The notes under the pieces: model-generated | What the model was told of the DNA's origin: nothing | What the model saw: the letters and a program-made list of their open reading frames with translations, nothing else | The model's database searches: none | Translations under genes and position numbers: made by a program | Part shown: positions 47,098 to 60,000 of the stretch, piece by piece | Layout: the number at the start of each line of letters is the position of its first letter | How positions within the stretch are numbered: the first letter of the stretch is position 1 | Assembly (NCBI GenBank): GCA_964187785.1 | Contig: OZ076413.1 | Span: 41,976,001-42,036,000, forward strand | Direction of reading: 5' to 3' | DNA: 60,000 nucleotides | From: Amphiscolops sp. MND2022 | Taxonomy: Eukaryota

Positions 47098-50000
47098 ATG
47101 ACATACGAAGAAGCTTTTACGGCAGCCGGCACACTGGGTAAAGGTCAGCTTCCTGTTATTCTCGGAACTATTTTCATGTTATTTTACGCGGGATGGCAAT
47201 CAGTGTTACCTGTTTTTGTAGCAATCGACGTTCCTTTCAGATGTAACAAAAGTCTCAGCGAGGGGCTCGAACTCGTGCCATCTGACTCAGATGATTCATA
47301 TGATAGCAAATGTATCGACAGATGTGAGCATTATGATTATGATTCTAGCTTGAGTTCTATTATCAAAGACTTCGACTTAGCTTGCGGTGATCGGAAATTC
47401 TTGGCAACACTCTCAAATGCAGCCTATTGGACTTCGTACCTCATTTCGTGTTTCTTCACCGGTTATTTGGGAGACAGATTCGGTAGAAAAACGGTCAATA
47501 TCTTTGTAATTTTTCTATTCTGTCTGTTCTCAACTGTGAGTGTTTTCTCTCCAAATATCTGGTTCTACATCGCAATGAGATTTCTGTGTGGTTTCGGCGA
47601 TGGTGGATTCGTAGCCATGTCTTTCATGATTCTGGTCGAATCTGTGGACAGAGAGAGACTGGCTTTGATTTGCATGTTGGTCCAGGTGTCATTTAAACCC
47701 ATCCGTTTCATCTCTTACACTAACATAGGAAGAATATTGAAGGTTGATTGAATCTCGTGAAACAAAAATTTTAAATTACACAAAATTAAAAGAGCCAGAC
47801 AAAAAAAGTTGGCTTCATGAAAAATCTGAAACACAGCAAGATTCAGCTTTGGGCGCATGATACTTCAGTGATAAGACGTTACAGGAACCGTGACCCAATA
47901 GATTTCACTTCTGAGAATCTGGTACAGAAACGCAATTCATGACGTCATTGGCACCTTTCAAATTACAATGCTGGGTTGACCTTAGGTAACTCATTGGCTT
48001 TGTTTTCAGCGCCTAATGTGTACATTGGTGACTTTATTACTAGACACGGAACCACAAATAGTTTTTAAAGTACAATTGAGATTTGATGAAACGGTAGAGA
48101 CGTTGAAAGGTGTCAATAGCGATAGGCGAGATAGCAGCAGCTCAAGTAGGAAACATCTTGAAACATTCCTGGAGGTTTCAAGTGGCTACGGTTTCAGGAG
48201 CACTGGTTCCAATTTTAATACTTTTCATCTTTTTCATACCCGAAAGTCCTCTATGGTTGTACTCGGTTGGGAGATATGAAGAAGCAGAAGCCATATTGAG
48301 GAAAATAGCCAAAATGAATGGTAGAGACCCATCGCTGGTAAACTTGAGAGGAAAGTCAAACGAAGACAGAGAAGGTGAACCAAATTTTTCGGATGATGTG
48401 GATGACTCGAATTTTCCACACAACGAAAGTAACCAGAATTCTGCCGATCGATGCAATATATGAACCAACAAAATGCCAAAACCAAAAAGTTAGATGTTTT
48501 TGCAAGCCGTGGTTTTTATGAGGAAAATGAAAATTTGACTAATTAGCTGAACTGAGATATTTCAGACACAGAGGCGAAGCCGTGCTTCGCAAACACTTGC
48601 GAAGAAAGTTGCGAACTTTTGAAGAAACCCAAATAAGCAATATCATACGAAGAGCCAAGGGTAAAAGGACATTATTGTTAAAAATTCATCAATTTTACAG
48701 CGCCAAAAAAATCCCAAATACCCATAAATCTCGAAAACAATTCTTCTCCAACTGGAAACAACAGAAAACCCATCTTTCTCAACCGTAAACCTTTAAAAAA
48801 AACAGAAATTGAGAAAAAAAAATTTCGAAATTTTTCGGAAATTTTTTTGATGAAGGTCTCCGGCAAGTCGCATAGTGCCGAAAACCTTGAGCAGTGCTTT
48901 ATACTGGCAAAACGTTTCGTTTCTAGTAAAAATTGAGGGGGCTTCGATGAAAACAAATTAGAAAAAAGTCTCATAGAAAAAACAGCGGTCTTAAAAAAAA
49001 CAAAAATAGCGTGCTGGGCCTGAGAAAACCTAATTTTAAAACAAAAATTATTCGATTTGAAAAATCTCACAATGCCGAAAACTGTAAAAGGGGGGCACTT
49101 TGAGATTTTTTAAACATCCATTCTGTTGCAAAATTTCAAAAAATTGAAGAGACTTGAAAAATTTTGCAAAAAAATGAGAATTTTCAACAGTGTCATAGTG
49201 CCGAAAAATCTGAAAGAAGGGACCCTTTGGGATTTTTTAACATTCGTTCTGTTGCAAAATACCAAAAAAAATGAAGGGAGGAATCTTTGGTAACATGAAA
49301 AAAATTGCGAAAAAAGTCACAAAGCCGAAATAACATGCACAAAAAATTTTGGTCAAGGGCGAGACTCGAACCCACGTCCTTCTGCTTGGCAGACCTCAAA
49401 TAATCCTAATTAACCTCTATGCCAAATGCTAGAAGTTGCGACAAGTGCTGGAAGTTGGCCAACTGCCAGAAGTTGCCACGGCCACAAATTTAGACTATGC
49501 GACTTGCGGTCTGAAACAAGAGAGTTGTCGCGCGGAAAAAAAAGCACCCGCACTTTCCCATAACACTTGCTTATCGCAAGTGTAATAGGTAACAATTAAC
49601 GGAATTGAATACTTGAAACTAGCTCAAAGAACAGAGACAAAAACGTTTCGTCTAGCGGATTCAATTGTATGCAGAATTATATTTTGCTCTATTTTCACAC
49701 AAACACAGCTTCATAAATTACTATTCTGAACAAAAATTCGGAATCTAAAGTTGATCGGTTGGGGTAGATTGCAACAATAGGGATGATTTACTTCTTGACC
49801 CAACTGATGTCACTTCTGAAGTTCCAAATACAAAGGGTACGCTTCTTGACCTCATTGGCACCTATTGGACCCTAATGTTGACCCTGGGTCAGATTTTGAC
49901 CTGGTTTTCGGCGTCTGTTGTGTACTATGGCCTAACTTACAATGTTGGAAATCTTGTTGGCAACATCTATCTCAATCTGTCGCTTTTGGCTCTGACAGAA

Positions 50001-50734
50001 ACTCCTTTATGGCTTCTCAGTTTTGCCATGGATAGGTATGGTCGCAAACCCATCGTGAGTGCATGTCTTATTTTGTCATCGCTGGCATGTTTTGGGTTAC
50101 CTTTCACCAAACCAATAGCCGGAGGACATTTCCAGATAGGGTTCGCGATCATTGGGAGGTACGAACTTTCATTGATGAACGAACAAAGTGCGGAAAGCAA
50201 TAAAATTGATCAACAGATTTTCAAGTATTCAATGTTGTAATTTGATTATGACAAAATAAAAAGCCCTTCTCTCAAAGTTTGAGAACTAAGACGTCAAAAG
50301 TAACGAGTCTTTCAAACGCAAAACGTCATACAACTATCTAATGGGTTCCACGCCGTCAACTATTTTCGATTTCAGTCGAATTTTCAATTGTGAATTTCAG
50401 GTGCATGGCTGGCGGCGCCTATAACACCCTATATGTCTATACCCCAGAACTGTACCCCACCATCCTGAGAGGGACGTGACTGCTGCTGTGCACTGCGGCC
50501 GCCCGAGTGGGCAGTATTCTGGCCCCATTCGTGGGTGAGCTTCAGTACGGCATCTACGACTTCACACCTTACATCATATTCGCAGCAGTCGGATTAGCCT
50601 CCTCTATGTTCGTCATCATCACTGGGAGAGAAACCCTCGACAAACCTCTGCTTAACAACATCCAGGAGTTCCGAGCATTCGCAAGCCGCAAAAGACCCAC
50701 GGAAATAGTTGCAACGAGCTCTCACAAAGCATGA
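47098..50734 (+). CDS. SLC22/organic cation transporter-like MFS gene nested antisense in the DRC7 intron, with an in-frame TGA
   Basis: Exons 47098-47685, 48110-~48428, ~49768-50158 and 50401-50734. Motifs [56 protein letters not shown]. Intron 2 boundaries are uncertain. Confidence 0.88.
48567..49600. mobile_element. Composite repeat in SLC22 intron 2 with Helentron-like internal units
   Basis: Starts cacagaggcgaagccgtgcttcgc (also near 52900) and contains catagtgccgaaaa / gggacccttt units shared with the other copies. Confidence 0.5.
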
Positions 50735-51944
50735 GCAGAAAAATTTGCCACTGTAACAATCGCGCTCATTTTCTGCTACAATGTGCCGACTAAAAATGTT
50801 AATGTCGCTACTTGCCAGAGGAGTGGTCCCGCGTAACTATTGACCGTCAAAAAACACAAGCAATTATACCCACAAATAGCAAAAAGAACAAGAGAGTATT
50901 TATTGTACCATATTATTTTAATGAACCCTAATTGCAAAGCTCATGTCCCCAAAAATACATTTCTACATAGTCTCGAAGTCTAGACAAATGTTTCATCAAA
51001 CCACCGATTTGAATCATCAGCATTGCATCATTTCCAGCAAATTTAACATCTCAAAAAGCACATTAATGACATCAAAGCAGTTTTGTGATCCTCAAATTCA
51101 GCGGTTGATTTAACGGTGTTTTACTTAATGAATTTTTTGCACTATGTAGCTTCTTATTATTGTTCGGCCACATTTCCATATGGAAAAGAAAAGTCCTGAG
51201 CCGCGTTTTTCCACCAAAAGAAATCAACCATAAAAAAGGTTCGTATCATATGTGTATGTGGAGATATTTGATTTTGTTAGGGGGAAAATGCCCTGAGATA
51301 GTTGGAAAATACAACAACGTTTATGCGAATTTTGTACAATTTTTGAAAGCTTCTTCCGTACGTACAACATGCAGAGAATTTAACGGTTGAATAAATAGCT
51401 ACACAGTAGGCTAATTAAAATGAAAAACTGATGTTAAAACTGATGAAAAACGTGTTAAAACATGTTCCATCATACCCACAGAAATTTTTTTTCAAATTTA
51501 AACTAAATTAAACAATTTTAGTAAAACTTGTGATCGTGATCGTTCTTGCGAATATGAATCTCCAGAGATGAACAACAGAACAAGTTACCAAGGAAGCATT
51601 TTTGAAGAGAAATTTTATGTTCTCCGTTCAAAAAAGCATCGAAACCGATAAAAACTTATGATTTTTTTCCAGATTTAGATTGTTTCCCGCATTCCGCATG
51701 CTTTGAAATCTTCTTTTCTGAGTATGAACAACCAGCGTTCAACAACAAAGCAGCTAGCTTCTCGGCATATTCTTCTATAGTTAAAACTAGTTTTGTTTGA
51801 GCAAAATGCTTAGAATGAACAAGGGGCAAACATTTAATTTTTTTTCAGGTTTTCCCACGTTTTGTGCGTTTAAGAACTTTTTCGAGAGCATGAATATCCA
51901 TCAACAACAAAACATTCGGTTACTAAGCATTGTTTTGCGGAGAG

Positions 51945-52737
51945 AACAAGCCGGGACCGGCCCAAGTCGGCGCCATTTCTAAGGCTCAAAAATAGCAAAA
52001 GAACTCCAAAGTGTCAAAGTATTCTCTTCTACAGCACACGAAAATTTCGGCAACACCGAAAAACTGAAAGAGGGAACCCTCTGGGATTTTTCAAGATCCA
52101 TTCTGTCGCAAAACTCGAAATTGAAGGGGGACCATCTGGTGGGAAAGAATTTCGAAAAAAGTCGCACCATGCCGGAAAAAAACTGAAAGGAGGGACACTT
52201 TAGTCTCACTCGGTATTGTATGATACGCGGCAAAAAGGAACAAGTCGGGAACGTCTAAAGTCGGCGCTATATCTAAGGCTCCAAAAGCACACAGTTTTTT
52301 AAAAATGCCCAAGACGTATTCATGAAAAGCTTTGAAAACAGTTTCGAGACACCCAAAGTGTGCCATTCATGCTCGATATGACTGGAAAATCACTTTTTCC
52401 CGACTGGGAACAAAAAATTTTTTTCAACAGAAAAGATTTCGTACTTTTTTCTTTCGAAAAATGTCGCATAGTGCCGAAAAATGAAAAGGGGGACCCTTTG
52501 GGATTCATTAACATACATTCTATTGCAAAATATCAGAAAACTCGAAGGGGGGACTCTTTTGAGACATTGGGGGACCATTTGCAGTAAGTTTGCATTGGCC
52601 GAACTTGGCCTGAGTAAGCTTATCAGTTTCTGTAAAAAGTGGTACATACGCGATGAGGTCTGTGGTCTGACAAAAAAAGAAAAAAACTAGCCACTGTAAT
52701 AGTCGGGCTTTTTCCCTAAAGGAAAAGGCGCCGACTA
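51945..52737 (-). mobile_element. Helentron-type repeats with two 3' ends (51945, 52239) and one 5' end
   Basis: aacaag(c/t)cggga..aagtcggcgc occurs twice; agtcgggc..gcgccgactaaaa at the other end. Confidence 0.65.
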
Positions 52738-53044
52738 AAAACCTTTGCTGGACCTCGAGCAACCCCTTTAACGTTACCTTGGCGGTACGGTCATGACAAT
52801 GGGATGTGAAAAAATAAAGTAGCTAGCAAATAAAGTAAATAAAGTAGAAAAAATAAAGTTTAAAAAAGTAGTATTTAAATATATTGGCAATGAATCAAAC
52901 ACAGAGGCGAAGCGGTGCTTCGCAACACATGACGAAGACATCGATTATTTTAATATGCGTATATATATTACTTTAATCGCATGCGTATATATATTACTTT
53001 AATCGCATGCGTATATATTCAACAGTTCAACTTTGTTCAATAAC

Positions 53045-53118
53045 GTCCCTATGGCACAGTGGTCAACACTTATGCCGTGCAATCGGGAGGCTGCAGGTTC
53101 GAATCTCCCTGGGGTTTT
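53045..53118 (+). mobile_element. tRNA-like SINE head or tRNA pseudogene
   Basis: tggcacagtgg A box, ggttcgaatc B box, T-run downstream; cloverleaf imperfect. Confidence 0.45.
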
Positions 53119-53639
53119 GGCTTTTTTCTAAAAGGCGCTCATTATGAAGTTGACTATAGTGGAAAAAAAACTTACTTAGCTGGACTGCAATGCACATTGA
53201 CTTCGTCATGTGCAAAAAATATATATTTATTTTCAGTTTTGTATAATACATTATACTTATTTTTTGTTCCAATGTATTTGTGTTTTTGGGTCAATATGTT
53301 TTGATATTCGTTTTGATGATGGCAAGTATTTACAAAAATGTATTATTATGATCGTATACGCAAAATACATGAAACTCAATTCAATTTCTCGGACAGCGGT
53401 TATAAAGTATTCGGATTCAGCTACTAGTCGGGTAGAAAAATCGACTCAGGAAGTTTGTCAAAATTATTGATTATAAATAACGTTATAAATACAGTCGAAG
53501 AAGTGTACAAACGAAATTTTAATTCGAACAATGTATTTTTCCGCACACAGTATTGGACAATATATTTGATACATCTCTATTGAGCCAGCAACAAATAAAT
53601 ATATTTCTTTTCAAAAGTGATATTTAAATATATCTTTTT

Positions 53640-54328
53640 AGTCGGCGCTTTTATTACCCTTTTTTATTTTTTTAAGGAAACCTACAAAACCGGACGTGCC
53701 TAAAGGGTCCCCCTTTGGATTTCGGCACAGTGCGATTTTTCGAAATGATAAAAATTCAAAAATTTCAAGTTATTTTCAAAGTTTGTTTTGCGCTTTTTGA
53801 GCCTTAGATATAGCGCCGACTTTAGACGTTCTCGTCTTGTTAGTCGGCGTTTTCGAAGAAAATGCACGACTCTTACAGTGGCTTTTCTTTCGTCAGTTCA
53901 ACGCGATCACTTTTTTTGTTCAAGGTCCACTTTTTTTGTTCATTTGTTCAACTTCTTGGCCGACTAACTTTCTGGTGTCTGAGCAGCAGGGTTCGATTCT
54001 CGCACTAAATCACAAATTTTTTATGCTTCAAAAGTATAGTGGAGACCAAAGGGTCCATATTTGCGGTTTTTGGGCACTATGCGACATTTTTCCTAAAAGT
54101 TTTGAATTTTATCAAAGGGTACCCCCTTGAATTTTTTGAAGTTTCCGGCTTGTAAAAAACGTTTATTGAGCCTAAAGGGTCTTTTTTGGGTTTTTCGGCA
54201 ATATGCGACTTTTTTTACCAAATGCTTTTTTTTGAAAAATATTTTTTTTCCAAATGTTTCCAATTGTTGTTCCTTGAATATTTTTGAGCCTTAGCTATGA
54301 AGCCGACTTGGGCCGTTCCCGGCTTGTT
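53640..54328 (+). mobile_element. Two head-to-tail Helentron-type repeats (53640-53841, 53842-54328)
   Basis: Junction ...cgtcttgtt|agtcggcgttttc...; both copies end gccgact-hairpin-cttgtt. Confidence 0.7.
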
Positions 54329-54890
54329 ACATAAACGCGTAAGGTCCACTTTTTTGTTCATTTGTTCAACAACTTAACTACGGATGTTCAAAACACTCGA
54401 AACGTCAGAACCTCGTCCAAAACAAAAGAGAACAAAACTGACGTCTAGAACCGCGAAAACATACTAAGGATCACTCTTCGGCTATCTTGGTGTTTTTAAG
54501 TTTTCGGCATTATCAGACTTTTTTCAAAAATTTTTTGATTGCACCAAAGGTCCACCTTCAATTTTTTGATATTTTGCAACTGAATGGATGTTAATAAATC
54601 CCAAAAGGTCCCCTTTTACAATTTTCGGCATTGTCAAAGTTTTCAAAATGATCGTTTTTTGTTATAAAATTTGGTTTTCTCAGTGAACCAGTGCTATATC
54701 CGAATTTTGTTTTTAAGACCGTCGTTTTTTCGGGACTATGCGACTTTTTTCCAATTTGTTTTCACAGAAGCCCCTTCGCATTTTGCTAGAAACGAAACGT
54801 CTTGAGAGCATAGAGGACTCCTTAGGTTTTTCGGCATTATGCGACTTATCGGAATGATGATTTACCATATCAATGATATGCGCTACACTG

Positions 54891-57180
54891 AATTGAGCTG
54901 AATTGCTCCCTAAAATCTCTCAGTGTATTAGCTATGGGGGTGTTTTATGAACGCAAATAGAAGCTGACATATCTATCGAAGTCTTGATTTTAACCAATTA
55001 CAACCAATAACGTGACGTCATCAAAAGACGCAAGAATTTGTTAGTCAATTTTCATCTAATTGCCTTTTTAGTCGGCGCTTTTCGTAGAAAACGCAGACTA
55101 TAGCAGTGATTTTTCTTTTTTTAAGACCAACGAAGTGACAGATTTTATAAGCTTTACAAGTTGGCTCCCACTAACAATAACTGCCACACTAAACTGATAC
55201 TTCTACTGGCACTTGGCATAGCGGTTAACTAGGATTTTTCGAGGTCTGCCGAGCAGAAGGACGTGGGTTCGAGTCTCGTCCTTGACCAATTTTTTTGTGC
55301 ATGTTATTTCGGCTTTGTGAGACTTTTTTTCGCAAATTTTTTTAATGTCTCCAAAGGGTCCCCCTTAATTTTTTTTAATTTTGCAACAGAATGGATGTGC
55401 AGAAATCCCAAAGGGTCCCTCCTTCTACATTTTTCGGCACTATGCGACTTACCGGAGACTACAAAAAGTTTTGGAATTTTTTCCTCATTCGAGTAGATGA
55501 AAATACTTGACACTTTGAAGTCCTTTTGCTATTTTTGAGCCTTAGATATGGCGCCAACTTGGGCCGTTCCCGGCTTGTTTCTTGAATTGTCTTGACAGTT
55601 CAATTAAATGAATATTTCAGTTCACATAGGCTTATTTTACAACTTGCATGGATAACTGCAAAAGAGGGAAAATAAATTCGGTTGCGCAGTATTACCTCAA
55701 TCAGGAGAATGGTCGATAAACAATTAGACAATGGGCGAGTATTTGAAATACAGCTCTTTTACACATTCACATAAAGAGCGTCCAAATTCGGGATGGTCTT
55801 TTCTGAATTCGAGCCATAATAGCAAAACTGACCATAATTGAAAACATTCATTAATGTCATAGAATGTTTCGAACGATTGGTGTAAATTAATACTACCCGG
55901 TAGAATCTAAAGCATTTTTGGTTTTTAAATCAGAGATAAACAAGCCATGAACGGCCCAAGTCGACGACCCGCTCAGGGTTCAAATAGAGTAACGTTTTGT
56001 AACTATGCAAAGGGACACTAATGTGTACGAAACACAATTGAGCTGAATTGCTCCCTAAAATCTCTCAGTGTATTAGCTATGGGGGTGTTTTATGAACGCA
56101 AATAGAAGCTGACATATCTATCGAAGTCTTGATTTTAACCAATTACAACCAATAACGTGACGTCATCAAAAGACGCAAGAATTTGTTAGTCAATTTTCAT
56201 CTAATTGCCTTTTTAGTCGGCGCTTTTCGTAGAAAACGCAGACTATAGCAGTGATTTTTCTTTTTTTAAGACCAACGAAGTGACAGATTTTATAAGCTTT
56301 ACAAGTTGGCTCCCACTAACAATAACTGCCACACTAAACTGATACTTCTACTGGCACTTGGCATAGCGGTTAACTAGGATTTTTCGAGGTCTGCCGAGCA
56401 GAAGGACGTGGGTTCGAGTCTCGTCCTTGACCAATTTTTTGTGCATGTTATTTCGGCTTTGTGAGACTTTTTTTCGCAAATTTTTTTAATGTCTCCAAAG
56501 GGTCCCCCTTAATTTTTTTTTTATTTTGCAACAGAATGGATGTGCAGAAATCCCAAAGGGTCCCTCCTTCTACATTTTTCGGCACTATGCGACTTACCGG
56601 AGACTACAAAAAGTTTTGGAATTTTTTCCTCATTCGAGTAGATGAAAATACTTGACACTTTGAAGTCCTTTTGCTATTTTTGAGCCTTAGATATGGCGCC
56701 AACTTGGGCCGTTCCCGGCTTGTTTCTTGAATTGTCTTGACAGTTCAATTAAATGAATATTTCAGTTCACATAGGCTTATTTTACAACTTGCATGGATAA
56801 CTGCAAAAGAGGGAAAATAAATTCGGTTGCGCAGTATTACCTCAATCAGGAGAATGGTCGATAAACAATTAGACAATGGGCGAGTATTTGAAATACAGCT
56901 CTTTTACACATTCACATAAAGAGCGTCCAAATTCGGGATGGTCTTTTCTGAATTCGAGCCATAATAGCAAAACTGACCATAATTGAAAACATTCATTAAT
57001 GTCATAGAATGTTTCGAACGATTGGTGTAAATTAATACTACCCGGTAGAATCTAAAGCATTTGTGGTTTTTAAATCAGAGATAAACAAGCCATGAACGGC
57101 CCAAGTCGACGACCCGCTCAGGGTTCAAATAGAGTAACGTTTTGTAACTATGCAAAGGGACACTAATGTGTACGAAACAC
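54891..57180. repeat. Near-perfect tandem duplication of a 1145-bp unit, each with a Helentron-type repeat (55070-55579, 56215-56724)
   Basis: Units 54891-56035 and 56036-57180 differ almost only in homopolymer runs. Confidence 0.93.
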
Positions 57181-57868
57181 CAAAACGCCTATTTTTTTCT
57201 GGTAAAAGGTCTCATAGTGCCGAAAACCCCAAAAGCAGACCCTCGATGTTGGCAAAACGTTTTTTCCAAGCCTAAAATTTCTTTAGAAAAACCTTTGACC
57301 AAAACGATTTTTTTCCGAAAAAAGTCGCACATAGCCGAAAAAACCCTTTGGTCCTTCTCTACCTTTGCAAGCATAAACGATTTGGTTTAGTGCGGGACTC
57401 GAGCCCACCGTCACCAGGACCAGGTCAGCATTAATCTCTGAGCCAAGAACAGGGAGAAGGAAAGTTAGCAAGATAGTTACAACTTACAGATCTTATAGAA
57501 ATGTGTCAGTTTGCATGGTCTTAAAAAACGACTACTATTGCTGTAGCGCTATCGAAAGTGCCGACTGAATAAATAGTAAAGGTTTTTGTTCCTTTGTGCA
57601 CAAGTTCTCAATTCTGCCTACAGTTTCGCGTTGAACCATTCTAGAAAAAAATTAAAATGAAAAAATATTGAAATCCTTGAAAAACATACACCGAGAAGAA
57701 GCTGCGAATAGTTCACTTTTTAAAAGTTTCGAATTGTAAGATTTCATTTATCTTCTTCTTTTTCAAGGAGTCAAAATTGGTTGAAGCTGATGCCACCGGT
57801 ATAACGTGATCTCTCGATCAACAAGTGGACATTTGGACAATTTAGAGACCAGATTGAGAACTTGAGAT

Positions 57869-58293
57869 TAGTGGTGCAACGAATGTTCGAACGTTCGAAT
57901 GTTCGTTCGCTCACTCAACATTCGTGAAGGAATTGATAGCGCCCCTAGCGGTTGAATATAATAATAGATAATTTATATGAAATGGAGCTCTCTGATTGAA
58001 TTTCATAAAACACCAGCAGTCTTACACAATCGTTTTTGGACTTATACCCGCCTAGCAATTTCCATTGTCTATATCTCCGCTTAAGTGTGATTTTTTTTCT
58101 TAAAACAGATTATGTAAATTTGCAAATATTTTTGCATGAAAACTGGAATATTTTATGCTAATAAATGTTTCATTCCTTATTTTTTTCCAATTTTTCACCC
58201 AACGTTCGAAGAGGAGCCGAACGTTCGACGAATACATTCGAATGTTACTAGCAAATGTTCGAATGCTAATTTTGAACGAATGTTGCACCACTA
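57869..58293. mobile_element. hAT-family MITE (425 bp)
   Basis: 12-bp TIR TAGTGGTGCAAC / GTTGCACCACTA, perfect 8-bp TSD CTTGAGAT, subterminal cgaatgttcg repeats. Confidence 0.92.
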
Positions 58294-59812
58294 CTTGAGA
58301 TACAATCGACCGTCAACCCACGCTATGTCAACATTTACCAGACATTTGGAAACGCGTGAAAGCATATCTAGACGCTTAAAAGCCGAGGAATGCCACCAAA
58401 GTTCCATTTTTTGCAACCAGTGCTAAGTCTGAAACGAATCTTTGAGTCCAATCATTATACACTCAGTTTGTAGAAACTTCGATGAAACATGTAGGATTTT
58501 CGATGTAACTTGAAGGAACCCCAATGGAACATGCATGATTTCGATGGAACTTGAAAGAACATCGATGAAACATGGAAAATTCAGACTGTCAAGTCTTCAG
58601 TTGCTATCTGATTTAGGGCAATTAAAATAAATGAGGCAATTAAAAATTTTGAGTTATTTCATAAAGCATGATAATGATCTTGACTTATATTGCATAAGAA
58701 AAAATTTGCCAAATTTACTTGAGGTGAGCTGTCAGTGAGTTTATAGCAAAAAAGTATGGATAAATTTAACGATTAGATTTTAAAAAGTTGAAAAGAGGAC
58801 AAAGATTATCGGCCCGGTTATTTTTCTGAAAAGTTATTTTTAAAAAGCAAGAACAACCAAATTTTAAAAAATTCTGTTTGTTCTGTTCATATTTTTCCAT
58901 CTTTGGGAAGTCGTTAATCATTGAAATAAACATCAAGAAGTAAGTGACACCCACGAATAAGGCCTCAACAATAAAAGGCACTTTGATGTATTAACGAATG
59001 ATGAAGAGCAAATAATAAAATTAACAAGTACGTGTGAAACGATGATTTATTGAACATTTTATGATGAAAAGGTCAAATAAATTTTATGCAGAGGTGCAAC
59101 TCGTTTGAAATTTCGTGTCTTTAATAACCGAATTCGAATTTGAAGTGGGTGGGACTCGAACACAAAAGTTTCCATTATTTCACTCAATCGATTTCCTCTC
59201 ATTCATAAAATTTGGAAAACTGTTTGCAAAAAGACAAAAACAAACATTGTTCATTCGATTTTTGCAGCCAATACAAGACTATTCGTTGAATTCATTTCCC
59301 ATTTATATGGAAACCCGCATATAATTTCATTACACTTCGAAGTGTATTCTATTCACGAAGAGTTCGAATGAAGATTTAATTTAACGAAATTGTGCTTTTT
59401 TAAACCTAGCATTTTACAATTTTCTGCTATTTTTCAACTGGAGCCTCTAACCTTTTTAGTAGCCACAAATTTGCGATGGCTGAAACTTCAAATTTTGATT
59501 TCAAGACCTTCAAATGTTGGAATTATCAATTATGGTTAGTGATTCTAGATGTCTCAAATAAAATTCTTTTCAATTCATCATTTACCGTGATGGATCGAAT
59601 TTCTTGTATTTTGATGAACCTTTGTCTCAACATGGGAACGACTTTTTCGCTGACATACATTTTTTCGGGAAGAAAAGGTAATAAGTATTTCGAAATAGGA
59701 TAAGGCGAAAAATGACAGTTTCTGGGAACACCAAAAAGAGAATGCTTCCTGGGCGGATAAATGAGATACAAATTAAAATTGTAGCCTTGAAGTACTCAAA
59801 TGGTGAACGTAC

Positions 59813-60000
59813 CTTTTCGAAGCGGGCCTGAATTAGGTTGGCTTTGTCGATAAGACGCTGTTTCAAATCAGCCAGACAATCTTCCTTCATTTCCTTCGCT
59901 TGTTTCTCCGTCAACACGTCTGGGTTGCCAATCTGGGCCAAGAACGGAGCCAGATAATCCAGTTCCATCTCTTCACGTCGCATCTTCTCTTCCATTTCCT
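59813..60000 (-). CDS. DRC7: DRC7 internal exon (continues beyond the window)
   Basis: ELDYLAPFLAQIGNP..KEDCLADLKQRLIDKANLIQARFEK, then a gtacgt donor, phase 0 with the next exon. Confidence 0.93.

Noticed and set aside
50477..50479. Selenocysteine codon
   Set aside because: The aligned position is not a Cys site and no SECIS was recognised downstream.
48582..57471. Many short ORFs with KGDPL/GTMR-like words
   Set aside because: They are translations of non-coding Helentron-like repeat units.
59090..59370. Second hAT MITE starting cagaggtgcaac
   Set aside because: No matching right TIR or TSD was found.

Overview
AT-rich, repeat-dense animal genomic DNA with spliceosomal introns; the taxon cannot be fixed from the sequence. 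Left to right: (1) A decayed Ty3/Gypsy LTR retrotransposon (303-6006, TSD ATATG) sits inside a small inverted-repeat element. (2) A complete but pseudogenised Polinton/Maverick (7513-36992, ~270-bp TIRs) carries pPolB, major and minor capsid, integrase, protease, two packaging-type ATPases and a GasderminX-like gene. (3) Nested in it is a 15.6-kb Gypsy element on the minus strand (11861-27436, TSD ATATT, 1.3-1.4-kb LTRs). Its gag starts inside the LTR. Between pol and the 3' LTR it carries a divergent gene pair: an env-position ORF and an antisense, multi-intron gene resembling a catalytically eroded hAT transposase, separated by a spaced 19-bp repeat array that also recurs in the LTRs. This cassette is the most unusual thing in the window. 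(4) Host sequence follows: the last three exons of DRC7 (minus strand), whose 17.6-kb intron holds an antisense SLC22-like gene with an introner-like first intron and a nonsense codon. There are also many Helentron-type non-autonomous repeats, tRNA-derived SINE-like units, a hAT MITE and two tandem amplifications. All family assignments are from motif recognition by eye; no searches were run.
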